Below, one piece after another: positions 41,266-52,989 of a stretch of 64,000 bases of DNA. Source of the stretch: Acidobacteriota bacterium (GTDB taxonomy: Bacteria > Acidobacteriota > UBA6911 > RPQK01 > JADFOI01). The stretch covers positions 1,536,001 to 1,600,000 of the forward strand of contig OY760074.1 of assembly GCA_963663035.1 (NCBI GenBank), written 5' to 3'. Position 1 is the stretch's first letter. Every line of letters begins with the position of its first letter. A program made the translations under genes and the position numbers. The notes beneath the pieces were generated by a model, which had not been told where the DNA came from, made no database searches, and worked only from the letters and a program-made list of their open reading frames with translations.

Positions 41266-43025
41266 GTCTTCATGACTTCCTGCCAATCGCGCCTGGAAAG
41301 ATCCCAGTAGATAATGCCACCCGCAAGAAGAGCCAACACAAGAAGCGAGAACCCCAGAAGCAGTTCTCCAAAAATCACTTTCCCGATGCCAAACAAAACC
41401 CCGTAAACCAGAAGCACTCCGCACACCCAGTCGAGGAACAACCATGCAAAAGCCGAATCTCCCGGTACATCCGGAACCAACCTTTCAATCTTCCGCCAAC
41501 CAATTCCGCCGGGATGAACGCGTCGATAGAATTCAATCAAGCGCTCTTCCGCCACAGGTTTGGTGAGAAAGGTCACAAGAATCCAGACTGCCGTTGTGAC
41601 TCCTACGATATAGAAAAGGGTTTCAGGAAAGACGACCGTGGTCTTCAACTTGATGTAAGCGTAGACAAGAAAAGGAGTCACCGTTGCACTGATCTCACTC
41701 CAAGCGTTGATCCGCCACCAGTAAAAGCGGAGCATCAAGACAAGTCCCAATCCGGCACCGGACTCGATGAGGAACTGCCACGCTCCCGAGATCGTCTGGA
41801 TGACCAGTGTGACCAGAATCGAAGCGACCATGACAATAAAAGTGACGACCCTTGCCACCAATACGTAGTGGCTCTCCGAAGCCTCCTTCTCGATGAATCT
41901 TCGATAGAAATCATGGACGACATAGGAAGTGCCCCAATTGAGTTGGGTGGAGATGGTGGACATATAGGCTGCAAAAAATGAGGCCACCAACAGGCCTTTC
42001 AAACCCACCGGAAGAAAGTCCCGCATCGCATAAACGTAGCCAAGCTTTTTATCGGCAGCATCCAGCTCCGGATACAAGACAAGGCTGGCCAATCCCACCA
42101 GAATCCAGGGCCACGGTCGCAAGCAGTAATGGGCAATGGTAAACCACAGCGTCGCCATTAAAGAGTGCTTTTCATCTTTGGCAGACATCATCCTTTGGGC
42201 AACATAGCCACCGCCTCCCGGCTCCGCCCCGGGATACCAGGCGGCCCACCATTGAACAAAAATGTAGGCCACAAAGGCACTGACACTCAGAGCCAGAATC
42301 CCTCCATAGGCAATGCTTTCGACTCCAGAATCGATCACAGGAGTAAATTGAAAGACCCAGGCAGGCAGCTGATTTTTCAGTCCGGTGATTCCGCCTATTT
42401 CAGGCAGATTGATGACCACAATGGCAAGAGTGAGAGTCCCTGCCATGGCGATGGAAAACTGCATGACATCCGTCACCGCAATTCCCCGCAGACCGGAAAG
42501 AGCAGAGTAAATGGCCGCGAATACCATGGCCGCAAAGACATAGTATCGAACCTGTCCTTGAGAGATATCGAACATCCCGATCAAAACGGTAGCCATGGCC
42601 ACGTTCACCCACCCCATGATGACCGTGTTGATGAAAAGTCCGAGATAAAGGGCTCTGAACCCCCGTAAAACGGAGGCCGGCCTGCCCGAATATCGAAGTT
42701 CAATAAAGGCCACGTCGGTCAGGACTCCTGCCCTTCTCCACAATCTGGCGAAGAAGAAACAGGTAAACATGGAACCAAAGAGAAAGTTCCACCACAGCCA
42801 GTTTCCCGCAATGCCTCCAGTGGCCACTAGCTCGGTCACTGCAAGAGGAGTATCCGCCGCGAAAGTGGTGGCAACCATTGAAGTCCCGGCCAACCACCAG
42901 GGAAGGCTCCGACCGGAAAGGAAAAATTCCTGAGTATCTCTTCCCGCTCGCTTAGAATAATAGGCAGCGATAGCGAAGCTCAACAGGAGATACAAGATCA
43001 CGATGACCCAATCGATTACCGACAT
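41262..43025 (-). CDS. Sodium:solute symporter (SSS/SLC5 family)
   Basis: EFFLSGRSLPWWLAGTSMVATTFAADTP, AQRMMSAKDE, AAYMSTISTQLNWG; many TM helices. Confidence 0.92.
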   Translation of the reverse strand: MSVIDWVIVILYLLLSFAIAAYYSKRAGRDTQEFFLSGRSLPWWLAGTSMVATTFAADTPLAVTELVATGGIAGNWLWWNFLFGSMFTCFFFARLWRRAGVLTDVAFIELRYSGRPASVLRGFRALYLGLFINTVIMGWVNVAMATVLIGMFDISQGQVRYYVFAAMVFAAIYSALSGLRGIAVTDVMQFSIAMAGTLTLAIVVINLPEIGGITGLKNQLPAWVFQFTPVIDSGVESIAYGGILALSVSAFVAYIFVQWWAAWYPGAEPGGGGYVAQRMMSAKDEKHSLMATLWFTIAHYCLRPWPWILVGLASLVLYPELDAADKKLGYVYAMRDFLPVGLKGLLVASFFAAYMSTISTQLNWGTSYVVHDFYRRFIEKEASESHYVLVARVVTFIVMVASILVTLVIQTISGAWQFLIESGAGLGLVLMLRFYWWRINAWSEISATVTPFLVYAYIKLKTTVVFPETLFYIVGVTTAVWILVTFLTKPVAEERLIEFYRRVHPGGIGWRKIERLVPDVPGDSAFAWLFLDWVCGVLLVYGVLFGIGKVIFGELLLGFSLLVLALLAGGIIYWDLSRRDWQEVMKT

Positions 43026-43100
43026 TGCTCAATCACTTCGACTTGCTGCGTTCGTTTAAGGAGGCTAACAGGCAAGACCCGACAGCACAAGAGAGGGGAA

Positions 43101-43228
43101 TTGGTTCCCGAGTGGCATTCGCTATCGGTGGCAAGAGAGTGTGGAAATCTCGGCGGACTCCAAACTTCTTAGGGCACCGCTCTCACAGCGGGCACCGTTT
43201 TTACGGCGTCTGTCTCTCGGGAACCAGT
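43101..43228 (-). ncRNA. Putative structured ncRNA or 5' leader of unknown class
   Basis: Perfect 11-bp closing stem (43102-43112 with 43216-43226) and internal hairpins; begins at the predicted TSS of a sigma70 promoter. Confidence 0.6.
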
Positions 43229-43233
43229 TAGTT

Positions 43234-43261
43234 ATTGTACTGAAAGAAAAGCCCAAGTCAA
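43234..43261 (-). promoter_or_regulatory. Sigma70-type promoter
   Basis: TTGACT-N16-TACAAT on the minus strand. Confidence 0.7.
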
Positions 43262-43278
43262 GGGTAAAAAGCATTTAT

Positions 43279-43344
43279 TTTCAATAAGTTACAAAAAACA
43301 TTCATGCACACTATTTTCACACTTTTCTCACAGCTTTTTCCAAA
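43279..43344. promoter_or_regulatory. IHF-like site plus four phased DnaA-box-like 9-mers
   Basis: TTTCAATAAGTTA (WATCAANNNNTTR, 1 mismatch); TCATGCACA, ATTTTCACA, TTTCTCACA, TTTTCCAAA at 43302/43313/43324/43336, each 1 mismatch from TTWTNCACA. Confidence 0.45.
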
Positions 43345-43346
43345 AC

Positions 43347-43613
43347 TCACTTGTCGGCCCCGTACCACTTATAATTGATGTCCACATATTTCACCCACTG
43401 TTCCGGAACTTCATCTTCTGGGAAGATAGCTTCCACGGGACATTCAGGAACACAGGCTCCGCAATCGATACACTCCTCCGGATCAATAAACAACATCTCT
43501 TCGGTTTCGAATTTCGTCTCATCACTGCGGGGATGAATACAATCGACGGGACAGGCATCCACACAAGCTGTGTCTTTGACTCCGATACAGGGTTCGCAAA
43601 TAATAAATGTCAT
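43347..43613 (-). CDS. fdxA: Ferredoxin (7Fe, FdxA-type)
   Basis: CEPC..VKDTACVDACPVDCI and IDPEECIDCGACVPECPVEAI. Confidence 0.92.
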   Translation of the reverse strand: MTFIICEPCIGVKDTACVDACPVDCIHPRSDETKFETEEMLFIDPEECIDCGACVPECPVEAIFPEDEVPEQWVKYVDINYKWYGADK

Positions 43614-43809
43614 CGGTTGTGACCTTTGCCTTTTCGCTCTTTACTCAATTTAACTAAGTCTTTTCGAGGTCAAGAGAGATTGTCATATTGTCGCTTTTTA
43701 TATTTTAAAGTATTAAAGCCCTGTCATCAAAACACAGTCATCGCCTCTTTGACAAGCCGGAAGTTCCTGCAGTTGACCCTTTCAGGTTGGTTCTCCTACA
43801 CTACACTCA

Positions 43810-44784
43810 GTGAACCGGACAGAGCGTCTACTCGACTTGATTACCTACTTGCTGAACGCGCGAGAACCCGTGTCTTGGCAGGAAATCAAAAATCACTTCC
43901 CGGATGACTACTCTCGAGGTGTTGAGGAATCCAATCAGAGAAAGTTTGAACGCGACAAAGCGGAACTCATTTCGTTAGGAATTCCAATCGATTATCACAG
44001 TGGAGCAGGTGTGAAAAAAGAGGGCTATCTCATTGAGAAAGAGAAGCTCTTCCTTCACGAGGTTCAGTTCACTCCACAGGAGTCCTCTCTCTTGATGCTC
44101 TCAGCGGGCGCCGTTTTGAACGACGAAGGTTTCCCCTATCGGGACCAACTGGAATCTGCACTTCACAAGATCACCAGTGTCAATGATCACCTGAGTCCTC
44201 CTCCTCCTGGAATTACCATCACCTACGCTGGCGATAAGGGAACCGTAAACCGCGCAAAGTGGGTGAATGAAATCCAGGATGCTCTGGATCGGCGTAAGAC
44301 GCTCAAGTTTACCTACCACGCTTTTTCCACCCGCGAAACCACGAAACGCACGTTGGATCCCTATGGATTGATTTTCCGCAGGGGGTTTTGGACGCTCATC
44401 GGGTGGGACCACATCCGCCAGGATCTGCGCTCCTTTGTGGTGAGCCGGATCCGGAACTTGAAACCAAACACTCGACGTCCAGGAACTCCGGACTTTGAAG
44501 TTCTCGATGGATTTTCCGTGAAAAACTATCAGAATCAACAGCAGTGGGAACTGGACTTACACGATCCCATCCAAGTGACAATCCAAGTCTCGCAGCACCG
44601 GCTGCTTGAACTCCTGGCCCAATTAAGGAGCGCCAAGAGAACGAGCAAGAATACTTTCGAATTAAGTGTGAAGAACCGCTTCGGTCTGATATCCTGGATT
44701 CTCTCTCAAAAAACTGATGTCCGGGTTTTAGACCCGCCAGAAATACAAAGCGAGCTTTGTGAAGTTCTTCGAAAACTGCAATGA
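43810..44784 (+). CDS. WYL-domain transcriptional regulator, PafB-like
   Basis: RTERLLDL, RKFERDK HTH motif, R.LDPYGL....GFW.LIGWD..R.DLRSF...RI, C-terminal WCX-like region. Confidence 0.87.
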   Translation: MNRTERLLDLITYLLNAREPVSWQEIKNHFPDDYSRGVEESNQRKFERDKAELISLGIPIDYHSGAGVKKEGYLIEKEKLFLHEVQFTPQESSLLMLSAGAVLNDEGFPYRDQLESALHKITSVNDHLSPPPPGITITYAGDKGTVNRAKWVNEIQDALDRRKTLKFTYHAFSTRETTKRTLDPYGLIFRRGFWTLIGWDHIRQDLRSFVVSRIRNLKPNTRRPGTPDFEVLDGFSVKNYQNQQQWELDLHDPIQVTIQVSQHRLLELLAQLRSAKRTSKNTFELSVKNRFGLISWILSQKTDVRVLDPPEIQSELCEVLRKLQ

Positions 44785-45728
44785 ACGTCACTGAGCGGAT
44801 CAACCGCATCCTTTTTATCCTGAGCTACGTATCGAAAAACCAGGGGGTCAATGTCGAGAAGTTGGCCGAAGAGGTAGGGATGCGTCCCAAGCAGCTGATG
44901 AAGGAGTTGGATTTCATGCTCCTGATCGGCAAACCTCCCTTTCGTCCTGACGACTATGTGGACATCTACGTGGAAGAACAGCAGGTCTATATTGAGTTTG
45001 ACCAGATGCTGAACAGGCCGTTGCGATTTACCCGTCCCGAGGCCATGGCCTTACTGATGTCCTTAAAGCTTCTCGACCCGGAAGTGGACCCCAAGACCGT
45101 GCAATCTCTCACCACCACCATCGAGCAAGCCATTTCCGATTCCCTCGATCCTGCGGCCCGTCTGGAAGACCGTATTGTTCTTGAACAGCCTTCAAGACCT
45201 GCCTCTCGTTACTTCAGCCTTTTACGTCAAGCGATTGAAGAGAACCGCAAGGCGGAGATTGAATATTACTCCCTAACGCGGAACACAACGAGCCCTCGAG
45301 TGATTCATCCCTATTTCCTCATGAAGAACCTGGGTTACTGGTATCTCACCGGATATTGCGAGATGCGAGAGGATGTGAGAACTTTCAGATTCGAACGTAT
45401 TCTCTCGGTGAGACTCCACAAAAAACGGTTTTCCTTACCCAAGGATCTGAACATCGACAAATACAAGGACAACTTCCTGAAGTCGATGGGAGGTCGCAAG
45501 ATTGAAATTCAATTTGACGACACGGTGGCCCCCTGGGTAAAGGAACGGTGGGGCTCTTCCGTGACCAAGACCAGCAACGGCGGCGTGGTGTTGAAGCTCA
45601 CCAGTGACACGCTGGAATATCCTTCACGCCTGATTCTCAGTTTCGCTCCCCATGCAAAACCACTGAGTCCACCCGAACTGATTGAGAAGGTGCAAAAGGA
45701 TTCCCGGGAAATCGCGCAGTTGTATTAA
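44781..45728 (+). CDS. WYL-domain transcriptional regulator, PafC-like
   Basis: RPLRFTRPEA..L, IEYYS, R.IHPY, WYLTGYC...EDVRTFRFERI; ATGA overlap with the upstream gene. Confidence 0.87.
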   Translation: MNVTERINRILFILSYVSKNQGVNVEKLAEEVGMRPKQLMKELDFMLLIGKPPFRPDDYVDIYVEEQQVYIEFDQMLNRPLRFTRPEAMALLMSLKLLDPEVDPKTVQSLTTTIEQAISDSLDPAARLEDRIVLEQPSRPASRYFSLLRQAIEENRKAEIEYYSLTRNTTSPRVIHPYFLMKNLGYWYLTGYCEMREDVRTFRFERILSVRLHKKRFSLPKDLNIDKYKDNFLKSMGGRKIEIQFDDTVAPWVKERWGSSVTKTSNGGVVLKLTSDTLEYPSRLILSFAPHAKPLSPPELIEKVQKDSREIAQLY

Positions 45729-45791
45729 GAGCCCTCTTTGCAGTCTTCCCAAATACTTCTATAATGAGATTTTGAACAAGGAGGTTTACAA

Positions 45792-46349
45792 ATGCTCAGG
45801 AATACTTTTTTTGTCGTCAGTCTGCTTTTGACCGTTGTCTTGGGATTCTCTTGTGCATCGGCACCCGAGGAGGCAGCCGAACCCATCGAAACACCACCAC
45901 CACCCGAAGTTATTACCGGGGGTGCCGACCTGTTTCCTACCGAAGGCAACGAAGCCAGCGGGACCGTTACCTTCGAGGAGACAGAAGGAAGAGTCAGGAT
46001 CACTGCTCAGCTCACTGGGCTTGAGCCCGGCCTGCATGGGTTTCATATCCACGCTAACGGAGACTGCAGTGCGCCGGATGGAACCAGCGCCGGAGGTCAC
46101 TTTAACCCAGGCGAGACAGAGCACGGAGCTCCCGATTCTCCCATCCATCATGCGGGTGATTTAGGAAATGTTGAGGCAGATGCGGACGGCAATGCCAACT
46201 TCGAAATGACGGCGGATTTTATAAGCCTTTCGGAAGGACCGAATTCCATCCAAGGCAAGGGAGTGATCCTCCATGCGGCCGAAGATGATTTCGGCCAGCC
46301 GACGGGTAATGCCGGGGCTCGTCTGGCATGCGGTGTCGTCGAGATGTGA
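45792..46349 (+). CDS. sodC: Cu/Zn superoxide dismutase (lipoprotein)
   Basis: Lipobox GFSC, GLHGFHIH, SAGGHFNP, HAGDLGN, ILHA.EDD, GNAGARLACG. Confidence 0.95.
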   Translation: MLRNTFFVVSLLLTVVLGFSCASAPEEAAEPIETPPPPEVITGGADLFPTEGNEASGTVTFEETEGRVRITAQLTGLEPGLHGFHIHANGDCSAPDGTSAGGHFNPGETEHGAPDSPIHHAGDLGNVEADADGNANFEMTADFISLSEGPNSIQGKGVILHAAEDDFGQPTGNAGARLACGVVEM

Positions 46350-46386
46350 GTTTGTGGATTCGTGAGGAGAAAATCTCTTGCTCGAC

Positions 46387-46821
46387 TCAGCCACCCGGCC
46401 CATCGGCGGTAAAGTAAGCCTCCAGAGAATTCAGCTGATCCACCAAATCCTCTGCATGGTGTTTCAGGAGCCTCCGCACGGACAGCAGACCAACCAGGCT
46501 CCCATCCTCATCCACGATGGGCAAATGCCTAATTTTCCGGGACACTAGTAATCCCAGTGCCTCAGAAGAGTCTGCACGGGTGTTGAGGATCTCCAGCTTG
46601 GTCGTCATCACCTCGCGCACGAGGGTCTTGTCAGGATCGAGCCCAGCTGCCACAATGCGCAGCATGAGATCGCGTTCGGAAAAGATTCCGACTAACTGGT
46701 TGTTCTCAAGGACCACACAGGCCCCCATCTTGGCCTCTTTCATCGTGCTGACTGCATCACGCACACTGGCATCTGCCGACACGCCGGGAGCCGGCACCTG
46801 AGCGATCTTAATGACTTTCAT
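46387..46821 (-). CDS. CBS-domain protein
   Basis: LVGIFSERD, VREVMT, IRHLPIVD, LVGLLS. Confidence 0.9.
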   Translation of the reverse strand: MKVIKIAQVPAPGVSADASVRDAVSTMKEAKMGACVVLENNQLVGIFSERDLMLRIVAAGLDPDKTLVREVMTTKLEILNTRADSSEALGLLVSRKIRHLPIVDEDGSLVGLLSVRRLLKHHAEDLVDQLNSLEAYFTADGPGG

Positions 46822-46900
46822 TTGGGCTCAAGTATAGCAGAGTCGGCATAGGAAAAACTTTTTGCCTGTTTTCCCATCTAAAGGAATAGGACAAGCTCCC

Positions 46901-47455
46901 ATGAGAACAATGAGAGGCTTCTTGCTATTCTGCCTTGCCATTGTAGCCTTCTCCACCTCGCTGCAAGGAGGACATTTCTCTGTTCGCGTCCCAGAGAGGC
47001 ACTTTTTCCTCCCCTCGCGTACCCTTTTCTTCTTCCAGCCTGATCTCTACTTCCAGAGCCATGCTTCCTCAAATCTCCATATTTATAACCCTACCATTCC
47101 TCTCTCGCGATACCACAGGACAGTAACTTACGGACGTCCTACACCCACCCGCAGAATTTATCAGCTGGTCGTCAGTGGCTCCATGGAGAGCGAGCTGGTA
47201 CGGGCCAATACGACGGACTTAATTTTCCAAGTCAATCCTCCCCAGGCTCTCCTCTACATAGATGGCATGCTCATTGGAAGTGGGGGCGACTTCGGCACCG
47301 AGAGGGACCGCTATACGATTCTCGAGGGCCAACATGATCTTCGGATTGAATTTGCGGGATATCAGCCCTTTCACGAGAAGATGGCAATCGTAGCCAACCG
47401 CAAGCTGCACCTGGACATCCGGTTAGAACCTCTCGAGGAAGGCTCGGAAAAATAG
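46901..47455 (+). CDS. Exported PEGA-domain protein
   Basis: Signal peptide; VNPPQALLYIDG...G.HDLRIE..GYQPF. Confidence 0.7.
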   Translation: MRTMRGFLLFCLAIVAFSTSLQGGHFSVRVPERHFFLPSRTLFFFQPDLYFQSHASSNLHIYNPTIPLSRYHRTVTYGRPTPTRRIYQLVVSGSMESELVRANTTDLIFQVNPPQALLYIDGMLIGSGGDFGTERDRYTILEGQHDLRIEFAGYQPFHEKMAIVANRKLHLDIRLEPLEEGSEK

Positions 47456-47468
47456 GGCCGGTTTCGTG

Positions 47469-47525
47469 CGTGGGAGGCACCTCAGGTGCCGAACTCATCC
47501 GTGGGAGGCACCTCAGGTGCCGAAT
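47469..47525. repeat. Two direct copies of a REP-like palindrome
   Basis: CGTGGGAGGCACCTCAGGTGCCGAA twice, each containing a GGCACC..GGTGCC hairpin. Confidence 0.8.
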
Positions 47526-47594
47526 TCGTGCTATCCCTCCAGATACCCTACCCTAAATCGATCCCTTTGCTATATTATCGGGTCTGCAGAGTGC

Positions 47595-47668
<74 letters not shown>

Positions 47669-47719
47669 TGAACAAGTCGGTAACACGTACTCACGAAGTC
47701 ACCGATTCACGAAAGTACC

Positions 47720-48631
47720 ATGAAGCTTGTTGTCACAGGGGCCACCGGGCTAGTCGGAGGTGCCCTCTGTCAAAACCTCATCCAAGCCGGTCACCAGGTA
47801 GTGGCCTTGGCGCGAAACCCTGAGAAGGCGCGGGCAAAGCTTCCCACTGTGGAAGTTGCGGCCTGGGATGCCACTTCCGGTCATCCTCCAGTGGAAGCTC
47901 TGGAAGGCTCGGACGCAGTAGTCCATCTGGCCGGGGAAGCCATTGCCGCAGGCCGGTGGACTTCCCAACGGAAACGAATGATTCGTGAGAGTCGGGTCGC
48001 GGGAACCAGAAACCTGGTCGAGGGTCTTTCCCACTGCCAGAATCCTCCAAAGGTTCTGGTGAGTAGTTCGGCCATCGGCTATTACGGAACTCACGGGGAT
48101 GAGTTTCTTGAGGAGACAAGTCAGCCTGGGAACGATTTCCTGGCTGAGTTATGCCAGCAGTGGGAGAGCGAGGCCAAGCGAGCCACCGACTCAGGAGTTC
48201 GTGTGGTGCTGGTGCGAAGTGGTTTGATTTTGGCCAGGGAGGGTGGAGCCCTTCCTCGCATGCTCCCACCCTTTCGAATGGGTGTGGGTGGCCCCTTGGC
48301 CAGTGGAAAGCAGTGGATGTCCTGGATTCACATCAGGGACGAACTCGAGGCAATTAGGTACGCCATTGAAAACGATGAAATGGAAGGCCCTCTGAACCTG
48401 ACCGCCCCCAATCCCGTCACCAATGAAGAATTCTCAAGGACGTTGGCGCGGGTCTTGAGGCGCCCGGCCTTTTTCCGGGTTCCCGGGTTTGTCCTGCGAC
48501 TGTTGTTCGGTGAAATGGCAGAGACTTTGCTTCTCAAGGGACAGCGTGTGCTTCCCAAAAAATTGGAGCAAAGCGGTTATCAGTTTCGTTTTTCCGATCT
48601 GAGGGGAGCCTTCGAAGATCTCCTGGGGTGA
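47720..48631 (+). CDS. TIGR01777-family NAD-dependent epimerase/oxidoreductase
   Basis: VTGATGLVG, HLAGE, SSAIGYYG, GKQWMSWIH, N.TAPNPVTN, GQRVLP. Confidence 0.93.
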   Translation: MKLVVTGATGLVGGALCQNLIQAGHQVVALARNPEKARAKLPTVEVAAWDATSGHPPVEALEGSDAVVHLAGEAIAAGRWTSQRKRMIRESRVAGTRNLVEGLSHCQNPPKVLVSSSAIGYYGTHGDEFLEETSQPGNDFLAELCQQWESEAKRATDSGVRVVLVRSGLILAREGGALPRMLPPFRMGVGGPLASGKQWMSWIHIRDELEAIRYAIENDEMEGPLNLTAPNPVTNEEFSRTLARVLRRPAFFRVPGFVLRLLFGEMAETLLLKGQRVLPKKLEQSGYQFRFSDLRGAFEDLLG

Positions 48632-48660
48632 CAGCACGAGCGCGTGAAGCGCGCAACCTC

Positions 48661-49071
48661 TCACTCTTTCTCTGCCACCTCCAGCCTCACCTCGGCCGCG
48701 CGCAGATCGAGCAAGGCTTGAGCATAGTCGGTATCCTGATCCCTGGAGCTGAGAAGCTGCTCAGCTCGTCTGTGCTGGTCCCTTGCCTGCTCCGCATCGA
48801 TCTGATCGGGAGACTCAGCCACCTCAGCCAACACAGAGACCCGACCTGGGAGCACTTCCACAAAGCCCCAGCTGCAGAAGAGGCGAAACTCCCGAGATTC
48901 CTGACGGTAGGTAAGAATTCCTGTCTGAAGTTCCGATAACAACGGCGCATGGCCCGGTAGAATTCCCAGATAGCCCTCACTACCGGGCACAACGACCTCA
49001 TCGACTTCTCCACTGAAAAAGAGTTGATCAGGAGTCACAATCTCCAGCTCAATTCTCCCTCCCAAGCTCAT
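48661..49071 (-). CDS. atpC: ATP synthase F1 epsilon subunit
   Basis: LEIVTPD, PGSEGYLGILPGHAPL, GFVEV. Confidence 0.95.
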   Translation of the reverse strand: MSLGGRIELEIVTPDQLFFSGEVDEVVVPGSEGYLGILPGHAPLLSELQTGILTYRQESREFRLFCSWGFVEVLPGRVSVLAEVAESPDQIDAEQARDQHRRAEQLLSSRDQDTDYAQALLDLRAAEVRLEVAEKE

Positions 49072-49121
49072 ATTTCTCTCCTTCTCTCCCTGTCAGTTGT
49101 CAGTTGTCAGTTTTTCCGTTG

Positions 49122-51420
<2,299 letters not shown>

Positions 51421-51463
51421 GAGTTATCTGAGCTCCCTGTTTTTTTCTTGATTAAAAGAGAGG

Positions 51464-52984
51464 TTAGGCCGCTCTTTCTTCCTCAAAGCGAGTCTTAAAT
51501 TCTGCGATCGCTTCGTACAGTTTCTTCCGCAGCTCATCATCCAGGGTCTTCTTGTCCATGATTTCCTGCAGGAGATCCGCCTTGCTCACTTCCATAAATC
51601 TTTGCAAACCCAATTCAAACTTTCCTAGCTCTGAGACTTCAATATCGTCCAGAAACCCCTCCGTCGCTGCCAGGATAATGACGATCTGCCGATCAACACC
51701 CAGCGGCTGATACTGGTCCTGTTTGAAAATTTCCGTGAACCTTTCGCCGCGAGCCAGCTGGTTCTGGGTGGCTTGATCGAGATCGGAGCCAAACTGGGCA
51801 AAGGCAGCCAAGGAGCGGTACTGAGCCAGTTCAAGCCGCAGAGTCCCAGCCACCTGCTTCATGGCCTTGATTTGAGCATTTCCACCCACCCGACTGACCG
51901 AGTTGCCCACGTGAATGGCAGGCCGGATCCCCGAGTAGAAGAGATCGGACTCCAAGAAAATCTGGCCATCGGTGATGGAAATGACATTGGTGGGAATGTA
52001 GGCCGCAATGTCTCCTGCCTGGGTCTCGATCACCGGCAAGGCCGTCAGGCTGCCAGCTCCCAGCTCGTCGCTCAATTTGGCCGCCCTCTCCAAGAGCCGG
52101 CTGTGCAGGTAGAAGACATCGCCCGGAAAAGCTTCCCGGCCAGGTGGTCGTCTCATCAGGAGGGATATCTCCCGATAAGAGGCGGCATGCTTGGAAAGGT
52201 CGTCATAGACAATCAGCACATGGCGTTTCCGGTCACGGAAGTATTCTCCCATGGAACAACCGGCATAGGGTGCCAGGTACTGCATCGTGGCTGGATCAGA
52301 GGAAGCCGCCACAACCACGATTGTCTTTTTCATGACGTCGTAGTCCTCGAGAGTCTTCACCACTCGCGCAATGGTAGAGCGCTTCTGACCGATTGCCACA
52401 TAGATACACAGCATGTCGGTGTCTTTCTGATTGATGATCGTATCGATGAGAATGGCACTCTTACCGGTCTGACGATCACCGATAATGAGCTCACGCTGCC
52501 CCCTCCCGATGGGAATCATGGAGTCGATGGCTTTGAGACCCGTTTGGACGGGCTCACGTACCGGCTGCCGCTCGATCACCCCGGGGGCAAGCCTTTCCAC
52601 AGGAGAGTTCTCATCTGTCTTCACCGGGCCCTTGCCATCAAGCGGTCGGCCCAGTGCATCCACAACACGGCCCAGCAGCGCTTCGCCCACTGGCACTTGC
52701 ATGATTCGCTTTGTGCGTTTGACCAAATCTCCTTCTTTGATCTCATGAAAGTCACCAAAGAGAATCACACCCACGTTGTCTTCCTCAAGATTAAAGGCAA
52801 GACCATAGACCTGGTGAGGAAGCTCCAGAAGTTCAAGCGCCATGACTTTCTCCAAACCATGCACCCGAGCAATGCCGTCGCCAGCTGAGAGGACGGTACC
52901 CACCTCGCTGACCACGACTCCGGTGTCGAAATCCTTGATCTGCTCCTTGATGATCTTGCTAATCTGATCTGCTTTTAATGCCAT
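51464..52984 (-). CDS. atpA: ATP synthase F1 alpha subunit
   Basis: [38 protein letters not shown]. Confidence 0.98.
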   Translation of the reverse strand: MALKADQISKIIKEQIKDFDTGVVVSEVGTVLSAGDGIARVHGLEKVMALELLELPHQVYGLAFNLEEDNVGVILFGDFHEIKEGDLVKRTKRIMQVPVGEALLGRVVDALGRPLDGKGPVKTDENSPVERLAPGVIERQPVREPVQTGLKAIDSMIPIGRGQRELIIGDRQTGKSAILIDTIINQKDTDMLCIYVAIGQKRSTIARVVKTLEDYDVMKKTIVVVAASSDPATMQYLAPYAGCSMGEYFRDRKRHVLIVYDDLSKHAASYREISLLMRRPPGREAFPGDVFYLHSRLLERAAKLSDELGAGSLTALPVIETQAGDIAAYIPTNVISITDGQIFLESDLFYSGIRPAIHVGNSVSRVGGNAQIKAMKQVAGTLRLELAQYRSLAAFAQFGSDLDQATQNQLARGERFTEIFKQDQYQPLGVDRQIVIILAATEGFLDDIEVSELGKFELGLQRFMEVSKADLLQEIMDKKTLDDELRKKLYEAIAEFKTRFEEERAA

Positions 52985-52989
52985 GATAA

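Noticed and set aside
43262-43346. Calling this region oriC
   Set aside because: Short, only imperfect boxes, no clear unwinding element and no dnaA/dnaN/gidA nearby; kept only as a possible regulatory site
43614-43809. Mycobacterial PafBC motif (TGTCGG-N10-TA-N3-T) in the fdx/WYL intergenic region
   Set aside because: Only partial TGTC matches, without the correctly spaced TA-N3-T
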